Shown here: positions 60,147 to 64,000 of the stretch, piece after piece
How positions within the stretch are numbered: the first letter of the stretch is position 1
Layout: each line of letters starts with the position of its first letter
Origin: Pseudomonadota bacterium
Lineage (GTDB): Bacteria > Myxococcota_A > Polyangia > Polyangiales > JAFGIB01
Length of the DNA stretch: 64,000 nucleotides
Assembly: GCA_017881185.1 (NCBI GenBank)
Contig: JADGRE010000001.1
Coordinates: 9,286-73,285, forward strand
Direction: 5' to 3'
Position numbers and translations under genes: made by a program
The notes under the pieces: generated by a model
Database searches by the model: none
The model's input: only the letters and a program-made list of their open reading frames with translations
Told to the model about the DNA's origin: nothing

Positions 60147-61040
60147 ATGACCACCGGAACCTTGCGCCTCACCGCTGCGGGATTGTTCGCCCTGGCGCTC
60201 TTCTTCTTCGTCGTGGCGGCTGCGCAGAGCCCCACCGCCGCGGCGCGCTCGCTCGGGCATCGCGGACTGCAACGGCAGCAGGCTCGCGCGCGCAGCCTGG
60301 GCTTTCGGCTGTTCGATGCACCGGTGCGTTGGCTCGCCCAGCACATGGCGCGCCTGCCGATCGCGCAGACGCGTGCGCGCCTCACCCTGCACCTGCAGCG
60401 CTCGGGCGACTACATGGGACTGGACGCCGACGAGTTGCTGGCGCTGATCGCGCTCGGTGCCGTGCTCGGGGCGGTCATGGGCTTCGAAGTCGGGGGCGTG
60501 CTCGGCTGGGGTGCCTTCGGCGTGCTGCCCGGCGTCGTGCTCGGCGGCTGGTCACCGTACCTGCGCGTCACCGACAACGCGCGCCGACGCGACCGCGCGC
60601 TGGACCACGCCTTGCCGCCCGCCATCGACCTGCTCTCGCTGTGCATGAGCGCGGGCCTCGATTTCAACGGCGGTCTGCAGCTGTTGGCGCGCGAAACCCA
60701 GCTGCGCGACTCGACGCTGCAGGCCGAGCTGCAGCGCATCCTGCAGGGCCTGCAGACTGGCCAGACTCGACGCCAGGCGCTGCTCGAGCTGGCGGCTCGA
60801 AGCTCGGCAACTTCGGTGCACGAGCTCGTGCGTGCCGTGGTGCAAGCCGACGAAAAGGGCACGCCGCTGGCAACGGTGCTGGAGATTCAGGCGCAGATGT
60901 TGCGCATGCGACGCAGTGTGCTGGCCGAGGAAGCCGCTGCCCGCGCGGCCGTGCTGCTCGTGCTGCCCTTGCTTTTGCTCATGGGCTGCATCCTGATCGT
61001 GATGCTCGGTCCGTTCATCGTGAAGGGCATCGGACTGTGA
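60147..61040 (+). CDS. tadC: TadC-like inner-membrane platform protein (T2SSF domain)
   Basis: LPPAIDLLSLCMSAGLDFNGGLQ... and a C-terminal TM pair. Confidence 0.85.
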   Translation: MTTGTLRLTAAGLFALALFFFVVAAAQSPTAAARSLGHRGLQRQQARARSLGFRLFDAPVRWLAQHMARLPIAQTRARLTLHLQRSGDYMGLDADELLALIALGAVLGAVMGFEVGGVLGWGAFGVLPGVVLGGWSPYLRVTDNARRRDRALDHALPPAIDLLSLCMSAGLDFNGGLQLLARETQLRDSTLQAELQRILQGLQTGQTRRQALLELAARSSATSVHELVRAVVQADEKGTPLATVLEIQAQMLRMRRSVLAEEAAARAAVLLVLPLLLLMGCILIVMLGPFIVKGIGL

Positions 61041-61103
61041 GCCGGCAGCGAACGAAGTGGTGGTCGGCCGCAACAATCGATTCGCCACGCCGATGGAGGG
61101 AGT

Positions 61104-61634
61104 GTGAAGACGAGATCATGTCACTGCGTGCAAAGACGCGCCGGCGCGGTCGCCAACGCCATCTGCCTGCTGGCGTGGTGCGCGCAAGCCTGCAGCGCGT
61201 CGAGCGCACAGCGTGCGCAGACCAGTCATCCGCCTGCGCCCACCCTGCGCGCCGGGACCGAAGCGTGCAGCCCCACGCTCTCACCGCTGCGGCGAGCCCA
61301 AGAGACCGAAGCGCGCGCCACTGCCCGAATGCAGAGCTTTGCATTCTCTGCGAGCGACGGTGTCGTGGCGCTCGATCTGCTTGCCGAATCACAGCTTTGT
61401 TACCGCGCGTGTGGGCACCAGGCGGACGCCGAACGCGTTCAGCAACGGCAAGCGCGCTGGCAGCGCAAGCTGGACACGGACTACCAGGGCCATCAGGTGC
61501 GGCTGGCGCACGCCTTGCGCACTCAGCGCACGCCCGATGCAGTGGCCGAGAGCCGCGCGTTGCTGGCTCTGCTCGGCTCACACGACGGCGCCTATACGGC
61601 ATGGCTTCGGCACGTCGAGAAGGGCGAGCCATGA
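61104..61634 (+). CDS. Cys-containing putative lipoprotein, unknown family
   Basis: GGAGGG before GTG 61104. Leader ICLLAWCAQAC. Good third-position bias, unlike the Arg-rich alternative frame. Confidence 0.5.
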   Translation: MKTRSCHCVQRRAGAVANAICLLAWCAQACSASSAQRAQTSHPPAPTLRAGTEACSPTLSPLRRAQETEARATARMQSFAFSASDGVVALDLLAESQLCYRACGHQADAERVQQRQARWQRKLDTDYQGHQVRLAHALRTQRTPDAVAESRALLALLGSHDGAYTAWLRHVEKGEP

Positions 61635-62242
61635 GCCGCCGAGACCCGCATCCAGCGAAATTGCACGCAGCGACACTGTGCTGCGTGCTCGCAGCCGTCA
61701 GCTGCGCGGCGAACCCACCCCGGCCCACCGCCAAACCGGCAGAGCCCAGCGTGGCGATACGCTACCTGCAAAGCGGCGACTACTACGCGCAGCGCGGCGA
61801 CCTGCTGCGCGCGGAGCAGTACTTCGCGAGCGCGGTGAACGCTGGCTATCCCGAGAGGAGCGCGCTGCCCAAGCTCGTGCGGGTTTGCCTTGCTGGCGGC
61901 AGGGTGCGGGCCGCGCTCGGCCACGTGGAGGCTCACCTGGCGCACGACCCAGCTGACACAGCGGCACACTATCTCGCTGCGTCGTTGCAACTTGCGTTGG
62001 GCCGGCCCGCGCTTGCGCGTGAAGAGCTGCGGACAGTCCTGAGCGCGCAACCACGCCACGCCGGCGCACACTACTTGCTCGCGACCCTCAGCCACGACTG
62101 GCTTCGCGATCCGCGAGCGGCGGTTGCCGAGCTGCAGCTCTACCTGAAGCTCGCACCAGCTGGCCCTCACGCCGCGCAAGCCCATGCCTGGTTGGCGAGC
62201 CTGCGCTTAGCGCACCGGCACCGACCTTGGAGGCAGCCATGA
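61631..62242 (+). CDS. TPR lipoprotein (TadD-like)
   Basis: ATGA overlap. Lipobox LAAVSCAAN. TPR-like repeats (YYAQRGDLLRAEQYFASAV..., AHYLAASLQLALGRPALAREEL...). Confidence 0.7.
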   Translation: MSRRDPHPAKLHAATLCCVLAAVSCAANPPRPTAKPAEPSVAIRYLQSGDYYAQRGDLLRAEQYFASAVNAGYPERSALPKLVRVCLAGGRVRAALGHVEAHLAHDPADTAAHYLAASLQLALGRPALAREELRTVLSAQPRHAGAHYLLATLSHDWLRDPRAAVAELQLYLKLAPAGPHAAQAHAWLASLRLAHRHRPWRQP

Positions 62243-63210
62243 TGATTGCGCATGAGATTCACGAGCAGATGTTGCACGCGCTGCTGGGGCCCATTGCCGA
62301 GCTGCTGGCCGATGCGAGCGTCAGCGAGATCATGCTCAACGGCCCGGGCGAGGTGTACTGCGAGCGGGCCGGCCGGCTGATCCTCACCGAGCTGTGCTTC
62401 TCGAGTGACGAGGCGCTGTTGGCTGCCCTGCGCAACATCGCGCAATTCGTGGGCAGACCCATCGACCACGAGCATCCCATTCTGGAGGGCCGCTTGCCCG
62501 ACGGCTCGCGCGTGCAGGCCGTGATCCCACCGGCCGCACCGAGCGGTCCGCTGGTCAGCATCCGCCGCTTCTCGAAGAGTGCGATGACCATCGAGCGTCT
62601 TGTGCAGCTCGGCGCGTTGAGCGGCAGCAGCGCCCGCAACCTCCAGGAGGCCGTGGTGAGCAAGCGCAATGTGATCGTGTCGGGTGGCACGGGTTCGGGT
62701 AAGACCTCACTGCTCAACGCATTGTCGTCGTTCATCCCGGACGACGAGCGCGTCGTGGTGATCGAAGACTCCCGCGAGCTGCAGCTGCAGCGCGCGCACG
62801 TCGTTCACCTCGAAGCCCAACCCGGTGACGCCAAGGGCCGCGGACGCATCGACATCCGCGAGCTGTTTCGGGCCAGCCTGCGCATGCGTCCTGATCGCAT
62901 CGTGCTCGGCGAGATCCGCGGCGCCGAAGCGCTGGAGCTGATTGCAGCGATGACCTCAGGACACGGCGGCTGCTTGGCGACCCTGCACGCAAGCCATCCG
63001 CACGATGCGCTTGCGCGCCTGGAAACGATGGCGAGCATGAGTGACGTGCGCATGCCTCTGCACGCGCTACGCGAGCAGATCGCGTCGGGTGTGGATGTCG
63101 TGGTGCAAGTGGAACGCCAGCGCTCTGGACAACGCAAGGTCACCCAACTCGCCAGCGTCGCCGGCTTGAACGACGACGGCAGCTACCGCTGGCAGGAGCT
63201 GTCGACATGA
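62239..63210 (+). CDS. second, compact CpaF/VirB11-like secretion ATPase (no FHA, short N-terminus)
   Basis: GGAGG lies 5 nt before ATG 62239, with an ATGA overlap. Walker A GGTGSGKTSLLN, VVIEDSRELQL, RPDRIVLGEIRG and GHGGCLATLHA are present. Confidence 0.85.
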   Translation: MMIAHEIHEQMLHALLGPIAELLADASVSEIMLNGPGEVYCERAGRLILTELCFSSDEALLAALRNIAQFVGRPIDHEHPILEGRLPDGSRVQAVIPPAAPSGPLVSIRRFSKSAMTIERLVQLGALSGSSARNLQEAVVSKRNVIVSGGTGSGKTSLLNALSSFIPDDERVVVIEDSRELQLQRAHVVHLEAQPGDAKGRGRIDIRELFRASLRMRPDRIVLGEIRGAEALELIAAMTSGHGGCLATLHASHPHDALARLETMASMSDVRMPLHALREQIASGVDVVVQVERQRSGQRKVTQLASVAGLNDDGSYRWQELST

Positions 63211-64000
63211 GCGCGCCGACGAAGCGTTCCGAGAGCAGACCGACGCGCATGCAGGCCATACGCCGACAAGGCACTGTGCGGCCCTCGCCCTGCGATCCCG
63301 AGCTCACGACACACTGTCCCGCCGAGTTGCTGGCGGGCTTGCTGGCGACCGAGCGCGCGCAACCGAGCTGCGCGACGACCGCGGCCTATGAGCAGACACG
63401 TCTCGATCTCGATCTGGCCGCGCGCGTCGCCGTCGACGCGTTTCGCGTGCAGGCCACGCCGCGACCACTGCGACCCTCACGGCAAATACAGCGCCCCGCC
63501 GTGTCGGCGTCCAAGCACGCGCTGCCGCTCGCCGACGCACCAACCGTCGTCACCGCGAAGGGCGCGCGAGCACCACGTGCACCAGCGACCGCTACCGCGC
63601 TTCGCGGCAAACCGAGGAGGAAGACCAAGCTCGTCACTGTAGTCGTACTCGGCGCCGCAGCCTGCTCGCTCGCAATCTTGGGCTGCATCATGTGGACCTT
63701 CTTGCCGCACACAGGTGCACCGCGAGGCGCTGCTGTGACACCAACGACCACGCCCACGGCCAATCGAACGCGGGTCGTGGCAGCTGGAACTGCCGACGCA
63801 GCCGCGCAGGCCGCACCGCCTCGTGCGCCTGCGTACCCCCCACCCTTGACCGCGGGTCCGTCGCTGCCGCCGGCCGCCGCGACCACGCAGCCGCCCACAC
63901 CCGCCCAAGCGGCGGACAGCTTGGCGCATGGCGATCTCGCGCAGGCCGCGCGCGCCTACCAAGCCCTCGCACGCACTCGGCAGGCAAATCTCGTCTTCGG
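63207..64000 (+). CDS. membrane protein (cytoplasmic N-terminus, one TM, Pro/Ala-rich periplasmic part, TPR-like onset), partial at window end
   Basis: ATGA overlap with the preceding stop. My own translation stays open to base 64000. The TM helix is LVTVVVLGAAACSLAILGCIMWTF. It is absent from the ORF track because no stop lies in the window. Confidence 0.6.
   Translation, partial: MSAPTKRSESRPTRMQAIRRQGTVRPSPCDPELTTHCPAELLAGLLATERAQPSCATTAAYEQTRLDLDLAARVAVDAFRVQATPRPLRPSRQIQRPAVSASKHALPLADAPTVVTAKGARAPRAPATATALRGKPRRKTKLVTVVVLGAAACSLAILGCIMWTFLPHTGAPRGAAVTPTTTPTANRTRVVAAGTADAAAQAAPPRAPAYPPPLTAGPSLPPAAATTQPPTPAQAADSLAHGDLAQAARAYQALARTRQANLVF

Noticed and set aside
59873-61630. 5' part of the 789-aa plus-strand ORF across tadB/tadC and the lipoprotein
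   Set aside because: Arg-rich off-frame shadow. Only the last 203 codons (from ATG 61631) form a lipobox-TPR protein.

Overview
This is a high-G+C bacterial chromosome segment, roughly 70% by eye and not computed, with a strong G/C bias at third codon positions. The gene content suggests a myxobacterium-like host. That is an inference from a Ser/Thr kinase with a DUF4388-type module, FHA domains, Cys-rich and Pro/Ala-rich lipoproteins, and many ATGA/GTGA-coupled operons. I support about 65 protein-coding genes. I recognised no rRNA, tRNA, CRISPR array, transposase or integrase.

Housekeeping genes include an M3 peptidase, aroC, hisH-hisF, yggX, Nudix and TatD hydrolases, metF, two c-type cytochromes, an M19 dipeptidase, hisS-tyrS, and an ECF sigma/anti-sigma/DUF3106 unit.

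Two accessory loci stand out:
- From 50.5 kb to the window end there is a Tad/Flp pilus-like locus of at least 16 genes. It has two Flp pilins, three pseudopilins, an FHA-fused CpaF motor, a second compact motor ATPase, no TadZ in view, and several genes of unknown family. It may be a Kil-type contact apparatus.
- At 20.6-31.3 kb on the minus strand there is a nine-gene, tightly overlapped operon: HAD-like, two FAR/thioester-reductase-type SDRs, pyruvyl-transferase-like, two adenylate-forming ligases, crotonase, DAG-kinase-family lipid kinase and TetR. It looks like an undescribed lipid-modification pathway. It also has an odd in-frame TAG junction and a palindrome at its 5' end.

Smaller observations:
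- Tandem 24-residue MshEN-like (c-di-GMP-type) motifs in three proteins.
- A lipoprotein with nine NCGxCG repeats.
- A (ATGTCGTCC)6 repeat at a start codon.
- A 164-nt element with perfect 25-bp terminal inverted repeats.
- Several strong hairpins.

Many long ORFs in the supplied track are antisense or off-frame shadows typical of high-GC DNA and were rejected. All family calls come from reading motifs by eye. No searches or computations were run.
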